Shown piece after piece: positions 1 through 13,009 of a stretch of DNA of 64,000 bases (positions are counted from its first letter, which is position 1; the number at the start of each line of letters is the position of its first letter). The DNA is from Albugo candida (Eukaryota): the NCBI GenBank assembly GCA_040437565.1, contig JBDOQK010000043.1, forward strand, positions 124,001 to 188,000. Direction: 5' to 3'. The notes under the pieces were generated by a model. That model was not told the DNA's origin and searched no databases. It worked only from the letters and a program-made list of their open reading frames with translations. The translations under genes and the position numbers were made by a program.

Positions 1-328
1 TGCATAGTGTCTGAGCTGGTAAAAACGAAAATGAAGTCCAATTAGGTCTTTAGTTGAGAACCCTGTGCTAATCTAATCCTACTGACTCTTTTACTGGATT
101 CTTTGCCTGATTGCTAGATGACGTCATTGCTTGCGTAAACATGTATCGTCTTTCACATGACGTCGTGCCCTACAATAGTGAGCGCATTTATAGCCTGAGC
201 TTGAATTTTGTGAATCTCTGCCTAACATGAAATGTCTTTTGATATTAAGCAGAGAAATTGTTTACTCCGAATTGTGACGTTTCTTGATTACAACATATGG
301 TGGCTTATTCTAATTGCTCCTGAATAGG

Positions 329-1013
329 TCATTTAAGTCTACGTCTTTGCGAAATTCGGTCGGAATCGTTCAATTGGGGGTGTTGTCTATCGCACTCTTG
401 TACTTGTTTGTTAAATTTGAAGAACGACATCGGACTTCTTCGTAGATCCAACATTTGCGGTTCACTAGATTCAAATCCTTCAACATTGCACGGTGTTTTA
501 CATGCCAATATTTCATCACACTTTATCATCCATACTATACTTTTCTTGACATCATGCTCAAACACTTCGCAGTAGTCAAAAAAGCACTTGGCACACTCTA
601 GATTGGTATATTTGACGTTGACAATTGCACCTTGTTCGACCATATCTTTAGCTTTCTGTACTTCCCGTGAAGCAATACCTCCACAATACCCCGCTGTTTC
701 TCCAACCACAAAGCAACATCGTCCCGTGAGTAAAGAAACGATTTTGTTAATGTCCAGTCTACCTTTCGACCAAACGGAAACCTTAGCATTCCCGCTTTTG
801 ATTTCAGGCGAGAGTCGAAGCACATCATTTTCAAGTATGAGCGCATAGCAATCATAGAAGTGAGGAGTAATAGGTGTCTTTCGATTTTGCAGGATCCGAT
901 GAATTTTGAAGCTGATTTATGATATTCGAGGTCGTCGAAGAAAGAACGACCAAAATGAAACCATACGATCGGATGCACAGTCACAATAACCATACTCGCA
1001 GAAACGTTCTCAT
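329..1013 (-). pseudogene. Frameshifted member of the secreted Cys-rich candidate-effector family (member 1)
   Basis: Three frames join into a family protein: MRTFLRVW / TVHPIVWFHFG (signal) / PHFYDCYALILENDVLRL...LECAKCFFDYC...CKTPC...PMSFFKF. Frameshifts lie near 990 and 870-900. Confidence 0.75.
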
Positions 1014-4000
1014 CGGGTTGAATTCGCTAACTGTGAAAGGATTTATACAGCACTATCTGATATAGGGTTTGATCTATAGAACCATTTGCACGTTGCGATT
1101 AGCACAGAAATATAATTCAATTGGTTACAACATGTTTCTTTTTTTTCCAAGAAAGTTTAATCCTCCAATCAATTGCACGTCGCGAAGCTCACATTTTTCG
1201 AAGAAAATCTCTGTCTCAGCATGAACATCGGGTCACTCAAGTGCGTCGTCGCTCAAATACGCGTCACGGTGCTTGAATGACCCATTGTCAAATTAGTCGA
1301 TCAATGGATGTCGAATTTGCGCAAATCGTAGCATTTGGTCCAAACTTCGGATCACTTGACTCAACAAAATGTCTCGGAATATCATTGTCCGATCAAGATG
1401 CCGTGTCTTCAGATTCGCGACATGAGCGCAGCCAATTTGAGTCGCATTTAGCAGAATCTCACACAATGTCTTCTACTTTCACATCACGTTTACCCGCAGC
1501 ATTAAAGACGGATATCGCAGAGTCTCTATCTAGCGCAAATATGACGTGATGGAAATGGAATGGACATTTTTTTAATGTAACGTGGTCCAAAGCTTCGAGT
1601 GTGTGGCATCAAAGCTGAAGGAAGTTGAACGGTAATCCGTTTGTAAGATTGGCTAAATTGCGACGCGTCCACTTCTCTGAGCTGTGCGTGCTGATCAAAT
1701 CATCAAGACTTTGCCAATTCGCAGAAAACTATTTTTACGAGGATAGATAGTGCGCACTCATTGGGGATCAGCGAATACGTTGATTTCATATAGATAACAA
1801 TCTGACGAGTACAATACCGATCGATGTCAATGTCATTTGTTCGCAATTGCGGATTTGACCTATTGAGCTTCTGAAGTGACTCGATGCTACCATATCATGT
1901 CGCGGCTGGAAATGGATACAAAGAAGCTTTGTTTTACGGTGATCAATCGGATCCATTCAGATCGAACCGATGAGCATTTTATCTCCAAGCACCTCCATGT
2001 ACTGCATATCGATTGAGAATAGTTGTATTGTACTTCCTTCTTTAGTAGAGGAAACACATCAGGTTGTGCTGTAGGCGTTTAACAAAAATCGGCGCCAAGT
2101 CCAACGAAATTGGTCTACTGCTAGCAATGGGCACGATTGTCGATCGTTTGAATGTGCGATTGACCAAATTTGGTACCCATCTCTTGTTGATCAAATGTCC
2201 AATAAAAAAAAGAAGCGACGAGCAGTCATAGAGCACATCTAGTATTGCCACCGACACCGGAAGAGATCGGAAATCAGACTATCAGCCGAGTGTTGACCTC
2301 ATCCACGATACCATGTCATCCGTCAATTGGGGGTAGCCGCACTCCATACATGTTGTACTCCTGATCGAAGGAAAATCTTCTATAAACTGATTGATACTTC
2401 AAGGTCGTGCCTTCATGATCGATCAGATCTCACCACTTTTCACTCGTTTCTGTACTTACTATCGCTCCAGTTAGTCATTGACTCGCCGTTCTGTGCGACA
2501 AATGATGACTTGATTTGTCGCGTTTCTCTTCAGTTGAGTTGGTATCTTGCGGTGTTTCAAAGCATTTTGACATCTCTAATACGTCAGAGTCCCTTTATAT
2601 TTTGTTCCAAAAACTCTTACTATCCGATCGTTCATAACAACTTCTCTATGCCATGATCTAATCCAGTCCTTCATCATCTGATCCTTTTCAATTCTCAACA
2701 ACGGTGATTGAGTCATCAATGGAACAACACTCCAACACTGAGGTTTTCCAGAAGAGACGCATTCGGAATGTGATCGCAAATCAATGTATTGCTTTCCATC
2801 TCATTGCACACATTGAAAGTCTCTTTTTTTTGACGCACTAAAGCTCGATACCGATGATGAATTCACTTGTACACTTCGTATTAGCTTCAATTCGAGAAAA
2901 AGAAGGCCACAAAGGACTTGGTACCGGACACTAGCCAATACTGTCCTGCATTCAGTCGAGAGCGACTAAGAAACTTGAGCATGGGTGCACTAGACGTACG
3001 TGAGTACCTCTGATCTTCAACATCTGCGTGAGTATTCATCGTTACTAGTGATAGTGTATACGCGCAAAATCGAGTAATAGTAATTGCTCCTTTTGCTTTA
3101 GTTCCAAAGCGCGGAGATCCGGTGCTAAATGATATCGATGAAGCAAAGAATGCCTTAACACACGCTTCGTTGTGATTTGATGGATAGTACTATGCTACAC
3201 GCATCAGAGTGAACATATCCATAAGGAACAAACGATAAGTGACTTGATAGTGACAGGAAAGTAGAGCAAATTACTGTCAATATGTTGCAAGCATTACGCC
3301 AAAAGTGAGCCTTTCATCTATTTCGGGCAATCACTGATTCTAGAAAACGAGATACGATGCTGCGTATTGGATCCATTGTAACTCCGTATAATGACGATTT
3401 TGTCGCTGCTGGCCACGATCGTTTCTTTCTCGTTTCTGCGAAAGACTGATCTCAAGCAGTTTTTCTAAAAATTCGATGCAACTCAACTTGCGTCTAAAAA
3501 TGGTGTTTTCGCTGCAGCTCTGAACTCAGCTTTAATGCCAAAGTTATAATCGCATGATGCCCGATCATTCCTTAATCGACCGCTAAATATACGTACAGTG
3601 TCATTGAATTGGGTTGTACCTTACCGACCCCGTAGACTTATATGTAGCTCTTTTTATGTCCTGTGAGAGGAATGAGTGGAATTTAATGAATTGCCCTGTA
3701 AATGTCGACACCACCCGCCAATTGCGAAGTCATTAAGTGAGCTCTACGAATTCTTAGTGCCGAAGAGTAGCGTGTACTTGAACATAAATGTAGGATAGAG
3801 ACACACACCAGTGGTACNNNNNNNNNNNNNNNNNNNNNNNNNNNNNNNNNNNNNNNNNNNNNNNNNNNNNNNNNNNNNNNNNNNNNNNNNNNNNNNNNNN
3901 NNNNNNNNNNNNNNNNNGTGCCGAAGAGTAGCGTGTACTTGAACATAAATGTAGGATAGAGACACACACCAGTGGTACATGAAACGAGGGAGATTGTGAT

Positions 4001-4166
4001 GATTTGTTTGTTCAAATGGAAGCAAAAGAATTGCCAAACAACCCGAAGCGATGTCAGTACGGGCTAAATACTCACAAAACAAGATTTAGTACGACATATG
4101 TCAGAAATTAGCGATCATAGCGCATTTTTATTAAAGTCAAGTCGAATGGAAGTCGCCCTTTGTCTT

Positions 4167-4760
4167 TCATGCTGCCTTAAATTCAGAAAACTTCATTGGA
4201 TAAGGTCTGGGTAGAGATATTACGCTTGAAGGCAGATGATAGATAGCGAATTCCTTCCCACATGCCTTTATGCAAAACAACTGCACGTCTTTTGCATCCA
4301 TATGTGCCATCAGGAAAAACAACTTCAAACCGGGTATATGGAATGATATTTCGCAGTAATTGAAAAGGCACTCGCCACATTGATCATTCTTGTAAGTAAC
4401 TGGTGTTACCAAGTCTTTCGTGCGATCAACATAATTATCCTGCTCATCCAATCCCATAAATTTTTTTAGATTGCATTTCTTCGTCACTAATTTCCCATGC
4501 AAGACATCTTCACGTACTTCTTTTTCTGTCAAGACTATTAGATTCACTCCTTCTTTCTCGATCAACATGGGCATGAGCCTTATCGCACCCATTTCGATCA
4601 GAATCTCATAGCATTCATGGTACGGGAGCCCATCTTCACCCACGCTCACAACCAACTCGTACAAGAAGTTGCTTTGAAATTCCATGGAACGTAGCCCGAA
4701 CGTAAACCATACGATCAGATGCAAAGCGGCAAATATCAGTGGTCTTCGCCTCTTCCCCAT
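4167..4760 (-). CDS. Secreted Cys-rich candidate effector (member 2), 197 aa
   Basis: Intronless ORF with signal-like N-terminus ALHLIVWFTFG and motifs PYHECYEILIEMGAIRL, QCGECLFNYC, CIKAC, PMKFSEF shared with paralogs in the window. Confidence 0.85.
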   Translation of the reverse strand: MGKRRRPLIFAALHLIVWFTFGLRSMEFQSNFLYELVVSVGEDGLPYHECYEILIEMGAIRLMPMLIEKEGVNLIVLTEKEVREDVLHGKLVTKKCNLKKFMGLDEQDNYVDRTKDLVTPVTYKNDQCGECLFNYCEISFHIPGLKLFFLMAHMDAKDVQLFCIKACGKEFAIYHLPSSVISLPRPYPMKFSEFKAA

Positions 4761-7359
4761 CAGGTTGTTCTTGATTACTCTCCACGATTCAAATTGTGAA
4801 ATGGGTGGGTCATTTCATTGTTAAACATATATCGAATAATCAAATGTTGTAGAGTAGACACCACGTGTCATTTTTGCAGTTAGGGAGGGCTTTTCAGAAT
4901 TTGGATTACCGATACGTTGTTGTCAAGAAGCGAAGAGTAGGACTTGATGAACATTTGGCTGAGTTTTTGCAAGCGTCATTTATATCAGACAGCATTCTTT
5001 TCTGTAAGACACGGATAAACGAACCATTTCATTATTTTTTAGTGAGACAGATGTTCTATATACAAGAAAATCCTATGGCAAACCTGATTACGAGGTCTGT
5101 CTCTTTCAAAGGTGGCAAATTTCAAACTTCAGATTGCTTTCTGAAGTTGCGTAGAGCTTTGCTAGAATAAAGGATCACTGGGTCTCGACATGACACATAA
5201 CTGCATCTGACATCTAATTTGGATAAAAATGCACATGAATCTTCATACTCGTGCAGTTGTTCACGTCGCGTTTATTCCTCGCTCACTCGATACAATCACT
5301 GGGATTGATTCTCGTACGTTTGTTTAGTTCATGCAAGGCCTCGGTGCTGGCGGTACCAGCTCTGATACTTGCCATGGGAGGTTCTAATTGAAAAAAACTG
5401 TCTGAATAGTGATGCCGCACGATTGATCTCGAAGTAGGAAGAATGGTCAGACATCAAGAGGCGCCACCAACAGCGAGGACAGTGGTTGATACTAAAGAAC
5501 ATTGTCAATTTTAAATCTGTGCTAATGAGCGCCCCATTTCGAGTACGATTGCTGTTGTGAAGTGATATTCTGCAGACTGCTGTATGTATGATTGAGATAA
5601 AGGAGAACCGCTTGATGACTTGTAAGCACTGGTTTGATGAACGCAAAGGCTTGTGGTTCTTTGAATTGGTCCTTTGTATATGCAGCCGGTCTTTCTGATT
5701 TGTACTTTTGTGTGATCGGCTTACGACGTTTATGCTCATGACAGGTAAAAAACTTACTTGATATATTCGACTTCTTCGCCCCAGCGGTACGATCCTTGTC
5801 TTATATTGACCGCATAATCGCAGTAGTATCAAGTCGCTTCGTCTCTAGCAGGTGACGTTGCTTTTTTTTATACAGAGCAAATTTCATTTGTGTTCACTGT
5901 GAAATAATTGCGAGACCAATGTCGTTTCGTAATTACACTTTATCGCAGTATCGATTCGGTGTGAAGGATGCTACTTCGAAACCAATGCAAGAATCTGTTG
6001 ACGCCTGCCATCATGACATCACGTAACGACCACGATACTCCATTATGGCAGTGATGAAATTAAACGAAGGCGTAGATCATACCCGACCCAAGCCGTTGAG
6101 ACTTTCAACACGTCTCCAGTTTGCTATTAGCGCAGATGCTTGAAGCTAATGAGCCAATCTGTACGAGACTGAGAATTAAGGAAGCATTCATCAATGCATG
6201 CTGCTTTGTTTCACGCTGTAATATGTCTCAGAAGCATCATAGCCATCGATCATACTGATCTTATCAAAAACTTGAAAACACGCAGTGGATAATGGTAGGA
6301 GAGTAACAAAACAATGAAATCCCGCATTATCACCTCATGCAAAGATTTACACCTGGACTGTGTCCCTCATTGATTCCGACAAATTCAATCCCGCAAATTA
6401 AATAGGATTTCGGTTCTATAACGATTGAAATCTCGCTAATGTGTGCCTCAACGTGCATAATATATGACTGTTTTCCTTCTACGCTGAGTGCTTGATAAGA
6501 TTGACATTCAACTTCAATATTATCTGCACTTTCGTTGAAGCTTCTGCTACGACGCGCTGAAGTCACGATTCTCAATCCTTGCTTCTTCCTCTTGAACTAT
6601 GCACATATAACGTAACGCTTGATTGCACGATAAACCAGATTTTGCTGCCCGCTGAATGAATGACATGTTTTTTCTGCTCTACTTGTTAGAGCCTAGAGAG
6701 TGGCCGGAAAACTATCTCTACGATGAGATAGAAGGCACGAAAGTGTCGACAGCACTTCTCAAATATCTTTACAACGTACTAATTCGATATTTCGAACATC
6801 GCAATGCATGGATCGGAAGATAACAGCGCTTTTACGGAAACTTGAGAATGGTGAACACTGAGCGTCAACTCATCAATCTCCAGGGCGAAGTACACCAGGA
6901 AAAGTGATCAGAGGCACCATTTCGCTCTACTATTCTTCAGGACAGTTGTTTCGGATCACAAGGCAGATATGCGTTTTTCCTTTGCAACGAATTCTGAGGA
7001 TCATGGTTCATTGACGTGGCATCCGCACATTCTCAATCTAAGATGTGATTGATCTAATTTCGAAATGAGAGTGAAGTTACTTGCATAGATATTTGTTCCG
7101 GTCATCCTTCTTGAACGAGACATGAGAATTCGTCCGAGTAGTATGTTTTATACAAGGAAGAAGCGCCCCATATTGCTGGTGTTGAAGCATGGAACTCAAC
7201 ATATGCAACCTTTGCAGTTTTGCAAGCTTGACAAAAAAAGAGAATGCCCGCAAATGCAGGTTTTATTGCGACCTGTGCCAGAGACCAGCAAGACTCGCTC
7301 AGATTTATTTCGATTAGACACGCATGCGCATTAGAAGTAGGTCGACCGGTCGAGATTGG

Positions 7360-8157
7360 TCACGTGAGTGTCGAATTGAACTTGCGCTTTGTCTTGTTCA
7401 AAATGTAGCCTGGGATCCGAGCACGAAAATGTTTGTAATTCTTATATCCTTCTTTAAAATCGGAAAACTTCATAGGTTTTGCAGGCAGAGATTCTAGTTG
7501 TTCTCCGTGAAACTGTACATGATACGCTTTTCCACAAAACGATATGCAATTCGATTGCAACTCCTCTGGTTCTGGATGTGGGACCATCCGTAGTGATGAG
7601 ATTGCGGGTAAATGATAAAAAATCTCACAGTAGTTGAATAGACACTCGGCGCATTCGATATTGCTATATGTTATTTCGCCTATTGTATCCTTAGTGTGGA
7701 GGAATATCTGCTGCTTCTTCAAATGATCGGCCATGTGCCTCAATAAGCAATCTCCTTCGATCAATGATTCGCTCAACGTCTCGTGTCCAATCTTTTCCTT
7801 CGTTGCGATAACGATAGTAATCCTTCTATATTTTTTGACATCCTCCGCATTCTCCACATTCTTCACATTCTCCACATTCTTCACATTCTCTACATCCTCC
7901 ATATCCTCCATATCCTCCATATCCTCCATATCCTTCATATTCTTCACATCTTCGTCGATATCGATCAGCACGAGCCTTCTCGCGCCTATGTTAATCATAA
8001 TCTCATAACAATTGTGGTATGGAATTGTCTCAGGCACGAGCACTTTCAATTCGTACTCGAAATATATTCGATCGTATGCGAAGCACAAGTCAGGCGAAAA
8101 CCATGAATTTAGAAGCATAGTCGCATAAAAGCATGACCATTGTATTTTCCACGTCAT
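7360..8157 (-). CDS. Secreted Cys-rich candidate effector (member 3) with tripeptide-repeat insertion
   Basis: ATG at 8157 (MTWKIQW...), hydrophobic N-terminus, PYHNCYEIMINIGARRL, ECAECLFNYC, CISFC, PMKFSDF. Confidence 0.85.
   Translation of the reverse strand: MTWKIQWSCFYATMLLNSWFSPDLCFAYDRIYFEYELKVLVPETIPYHNCYEIMINIGARRLVLIDIDEDVKNMKDMEDMEDMEDMEDVENVKNVENVKNVENAEDVKKYRRITIVIATKEKIGHETLSESLIEGDCLLRHMADHLKKQQIFLHTKDTIGEITYSNIECAECLFNYCEIFYHLPAISSLRMVPHPEPEELQSNCISFCGKAYHVQFHGEQLESLPAKPMKFSDFKEGYKNYKHFRARIPGYILNKTKRKFNSTLT
7835..7950 (-). repeat. In-frame 9-bp minisatellite encoding (D/N)(M/V)(E/K) units
   Basis: Plus-strand units atatcctcc / acattctcc / acattcttc, about 13 copies; protein DVKNMKDMEDMEDMEDMEDVENVKNVENVKNVENAEDVKK. 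Confidence 0.95.
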
Positions 8158-8713
8158 GTTTAGCTTTAATTCTCTCGAATTGTGCTGCAACTAATGACTT
8201 TTTTGCAAAAGAAGGGAAATGCTGGTTTTGAGAAAAACGACTTCGCTTGAGCTTTGCAATGAGGTGAAGATTCGTGGGTGGACAAAATTCCTATATTCCA
8301 AAAACGGTTGGTGGCAAAGCAGCGCACTAAACCTGCACATTCTATTTTTTGTAGGTGATCGAACAGACCAGCATTTATCGAAAACATTTTATTACCTTGC
8401 ATTCAGTTTTATTTGAGAAATCCTTCCATTTATATTGACAAACGTAATTATTAACTCTCAAAGGCATTTGGGCGTAATGAGCAATGGGTACTATACTTGC
8501 AAATTACAGATTATCCATTAGTGTCCTCTTCTTTCACGCTTGGTCGAGTATCTTCCAAATCGATGTATCAATAATGTACTGGAAGTTATTCGAGAGAGAG
8601 TAACGAAAGGCATCTTATCATGGTAACATTACACTGAGATGATGTCGAAGGACTTTTATATTAGGCTTTTAGTGCTTGTGAAGCGAATTCCTTCACTATC
8701 GAGCGCATAAAAA

Positions 8714-8769
8714 TTGGAAGGGTCTGAATTGCCAGACTTTGATAATTGACTTCTCTAAAATGCCTAGGC
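8714..8769 (-). mobile_element. Old 5'-truncated remnant of the LINE 3' end
   Basis: ttggaagggtctgaattgccagactttgataattgacttctctaaaatgcctagg aligns with the LINE 3' termini at 39803 and 43768 (ttgaagttgtctatattacgagaattagacgtaaatgacttctctaatgcctag). Confidence 0.55.
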
Positions 8770-11700
8770 CATTTACCTCATGGAGATGCATTACTGCCTA
8801 ATTGACAGTCTTGAAGAATCTGCCTTTACAAACCCGATTGTGATCATTCTCAAACACATATGCTTTTCGTAAATTACCTTCGTAGAAGCGCGTCTCCGAT
8901 GTCAATTTGCCAAGAAGGATGTCATTGAGCTCAATCTCGAAGTCAACAGAAAAATCACTCGGTCGCATTCGCTGCAAGCAAGATGGTAATTGACATTTTC
9001 GTCTTATTCCAACCGCATGCATCTCAGAAGGACCTTGAAATCGGTGTTCCGTTTTGATTCCAGCCTATTATCTGTAGACTGGCAAAGTACCAACTTATTG
9101 GAAAGGATCAAGTACGTTCTTGTAGAGGAGAAATATGTTTGTGTCCTTTGTTCAACTACTCATTTCGATGAAGCTTTTGCGTTCATTGAAAATTTAGAGA
9201 AACGTATTTTTGTAGACGTATCTGTTGTGAGGCATTCGAAGTAGTGGTATTTTTCGCTATACTTTTCAAGGTAGTATTTATTGTTCCACCTGTTGAAAGT
9301 AGACATGCACGGGATCTGAATGGGAATAGCGATAATGAGATGCTTAATACAGCTGTTCTCAACAAGATATCTCTGGACCGGATCAGCCCTAAATGTATAA
9401 CCATAAAAATGGTCGATTCTTCGCTACGAGACATTTACGATCTCCAGAATGAGAGGATTATAAGTTTCAGAGATGTCATTCACATTTATAAAAGCATTTC
9501 TGCGATATAAAGGGTGTCACAATCACGCATATCAGACGCATCGCTTTCTACGCTAATGAAAGGATATTAAATAGCTGGATGACAGCATTGCAGCAGGTAC
9601 CAAAAAAGTCCATCAGTATGCTTTACTTGTATGCTACAGTAAAGTCCGCTACTCAATGTTGATATAACTGGAATCTAGAGTCAATTGCGACCCATTTTAT
9701 AAAGGCTCCGACCACGAATCCTGATTATGACAGCGTAGGGTTATATAGGTGCTTACATCCATCGTCAATACACTGTATGGGTGTTTTTACTTAGTCTTCT
9801 TGTTCTTTGACGATACTGGGTCATGCAAGGCTTGTGAATGGTTTCCGTTCGATTAAAAATGTGTTGCGCGACATGATCTCACCCAACCAAGTTTGATATT
9901 TCTGGCAGCATTCTAGACCTAAATTTCCGACTTTAGTGGCAACGTTAGCCTGAAGAAATAAATAAGAGACTCAGTATGATGAATGAATGCCTGTCCTTGC
10001 ATGGCTGACCAAGCCGTCTTGTTACGTGTTGTTGGTGCATTTGCACTTCTTTGAGCCAGTCTATTTTACTTGTGTTTTCATGGTCTCGGATGGTAGCAGC
10101 TTTTCACACACATGCCAATCAGCGCATGGAAAATGATCACGATACTATAATGATTTTCGTTACTAAAGCCTGTATACATCCCAATAACACAGAACATAGA
10201 ATCACATCTGCACACTATCGCGAGCGATATCACGCGCGGACTTTGTAAAGAGAGGTGGCTTTCCGTCAACGAGCATTCTTTCGGTCGAACGCATCAGTGT
10301 CCATCTACCACCTCACACGTTCCAACGCAATCACTGCAAGTATTGTCAATCTTGTCTTCTTGTGTAACGCCGGCAGGAGGAAGCAGAGGAAGATAATTGT
10401 TGGCGGAGCTGTATTTGATAAAAAATGGAAAGTGAGATTTTTAATCAAAGAATTTGGCTCACCTATCTGAATATATAGAACTATGCATGCATGTACAATG
10501 GAGGTTGTTACACCTTGTGAATAATTCTCTTATTCAGATGAGCTCTCTCTGAAGGTTGTAAAGCCGTTTCTCCAAGAATACATGCTCATCTGACGTCTTG
10601 ATGCGGATCCACGATCTTCTGTCGTAAGCCCTCTCTTGAGGTGGAGATGAGACATATCCATAGCGGATGTTGCTCGCCTATATAAATAGATCTTCTCGAA
10701 ACGCGATAAAGACCGCGTAGAATAATCCCGAGGTTATTCTATCGCTGTGATACGGGAAATCCCACGACGTTAGCAATAACACTACCACATTTGCGTCGAA
10801 TTTATACTCAGCGGATTATATATTAGGGTCATCGTGAAGCTTTTTGTAACTTTGGACCGCGTGTACTAATAACGACAGAGAAAATTAATACAATTATATC
10901 TCAATTACTTTTTTTTGGTTGCATGCTCAGTGAGGATGTAATCTTCCGCATATGTTTTAGTCCACATAGACGAGTTGAAGTTTCTCGGCTCGGGTTAACT
11001 CGTTACTTTTCCGAAAGTAGAGATTAAGCAGTTGCATTCTGCGTTATTTAGCCGATACAACATATTTTGTTATAGTTTCTCAGGAAGTCCGAAACGATGA
11101 CGAGCTATCCAGGAGGAGATCGAAAGGCACAAAAGGGTACCATTTTTCGATTTAAAACGTTAGGGGTTCATCGTTTGGCAGCATTTGTAGTTTACATAAG
11201 AGCGTAATACAGCGAAATATCGATATGGGCTGCTCGCATACACACAAAAATCTAATCAGCAATGGTGAGCTCACTGTCACAACGAAATCGTTTTCAGGGA
11301 GATTGGCCGGTTGAGACGACAATATTGACTACCGCATGTGCGCGATCTATAACAAATTGCCCGCAATGGTGGAAATTGGCAAATTTGTTGAAATAACGCC
11401 ATTGTATTCGAGTAACTATGTCTCGGGTATCGAAATCTGAGGCACATGGAAGCTACTTGATAAAGAAGCTAGAAGTAAAGCAACGACGAGTTAAAAATGC
11501 ATTCGTAACAAAGTTGCCGGTCGTAATATCAATGGTTCTTGACAGCACACATTGATTGCGTCGGAATTCGCTTTGAATGAGAACATCACATACAACTGAA
11601 TGACTTCAAAACTGTATTGTGTCAGATGAAAGACCCTCGTTCTAATTTTGCACTTAAGTCAATCGCTTTCACACATTGCTAAAGAAATTGGGCAGCGTTT

Positions 11701-12189
11701 CACAGAACACTCGGATTTTACTGCAAATTAGAGCCATAAGAATGCTCTCTGCAAGAATGCACACACAAAACTATAAAAAGCAGTTCCTAAGATGCAAGCA
11801 TGTGTTTCTCTCAATTAAGTCATTTCTATCGTGCAATCTGTCGCGTGTGAGTAATTCTGCTCCAAAAAGTAGTCTTTTACTCGATTAAGTGTAAGGTGTC
11901 CTACGGTTTTCATCCACTGAGCTTAAATATGGCACGATCATACCACACCGACATCACATAGAATGCGGTCAAATCTCATTATCTTTTAGCCACTTAGATG
12001 CAAGATGACCAGCATCATCTCCAATTGGTCAAAATACTTCCTATCCAACTTGATTGGTCAAAATAATTACACCGATCAAATGCGCTTCCAAGCGGCGCAT
12101 ACACTCGCTTCGAATTCTATTTTGAGCCGATAGCACTCGATAACAGCTGACCAAGCGCATACATCTAACCGGCACATGTACAGCAATTG

Positions 12190-12904
12190 ATGGGATCCAC
12201 GTTTTCACGTCGAGTAGCGCGTGTATGGACGCGAAATGATCGAAGATTGCTTCTTATTGGGTTGGATGCGGCAGGCAAAACCACCATTCTCTATAACTTG
12301 CGTCTGGGGAAAGCGATCACAAGCATTCCGACAATGGGATTCAACGTAGAGACCATTCCATTTGACAAATTCACCCTTTACATTTGGGTAATATTCCTTC
12401 TATTCGCTCAGAATCGATAGAAATTGTTCTCTTTTTTGTAGGACGTTGGAGGTCAAGACTCTTTGCGACCGTACTGGAGACATCACTTTACAGGCACGCA
12501 AGTAAGCCAAAAGCCATATGCGATCGATTGCGTCCGACTGATTTCTCGAACTTGAAGGGTATCATCTTTGTACTAGATAGCGCAGATAACGAGCGAATCA
12601 AGTTGGCAAAGGCCGAGTTGCATGGCGTCTTGCAGGATAATCAACTCAAAGTCGGTACTTGACGATTCATATTTTCACATTGCTGAAGGAATGGATTGTG
12701 TAGGATGCATCTTTGCTTGTTCTTTTAAATAAACGCGATCTCAATCAAGCACAAAGCATAGAGAAACTGGTAGCTGATCTTGAATTTGTACCAATTTGCC
12801 AGGAAACAGGTCGACAATATTTTGTACAGCCAACAATTGCGACCACAGGAGAGGGATTACATGAAGGTGTGAGATGGTTATGTGACCATATGAGTGAGTT
12901 GTAA
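12190..12904 (+). CDS. ARF/ARL-family small GTPase, 4 exons
   Basis: MG myristoylation start, GLDAAGKTT, TMGFNVE, spliced W|DVGGQ, NKRD, ATTGEGL; GT-AG introns near 12389-12441, 12502-12557 and 12651-12703. Confidence 0.9.
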
Positions 12905-13009
12905 CCATGAAATCATAAATTTGTGTGCTTTTGATTGGTGTTGGAAGTCATAATGAGACGAGTTCGATCTGTCGAGAAGCAATACTCGCAATACTTGTTG
13001 ATCGATATA

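Noticed and set aside
2270-2330. DEAH-helicase-like IVDEV word on the minus strand
   Set aside because: It is an isolated 5-residue match with no other helicase motifs.
7733-8106. Plus-strand ORFs with (ILH)n and (SSI)n repeats
   Set aside because: They are antisense shadows of the minisatellite in the minus-strand effector gene.
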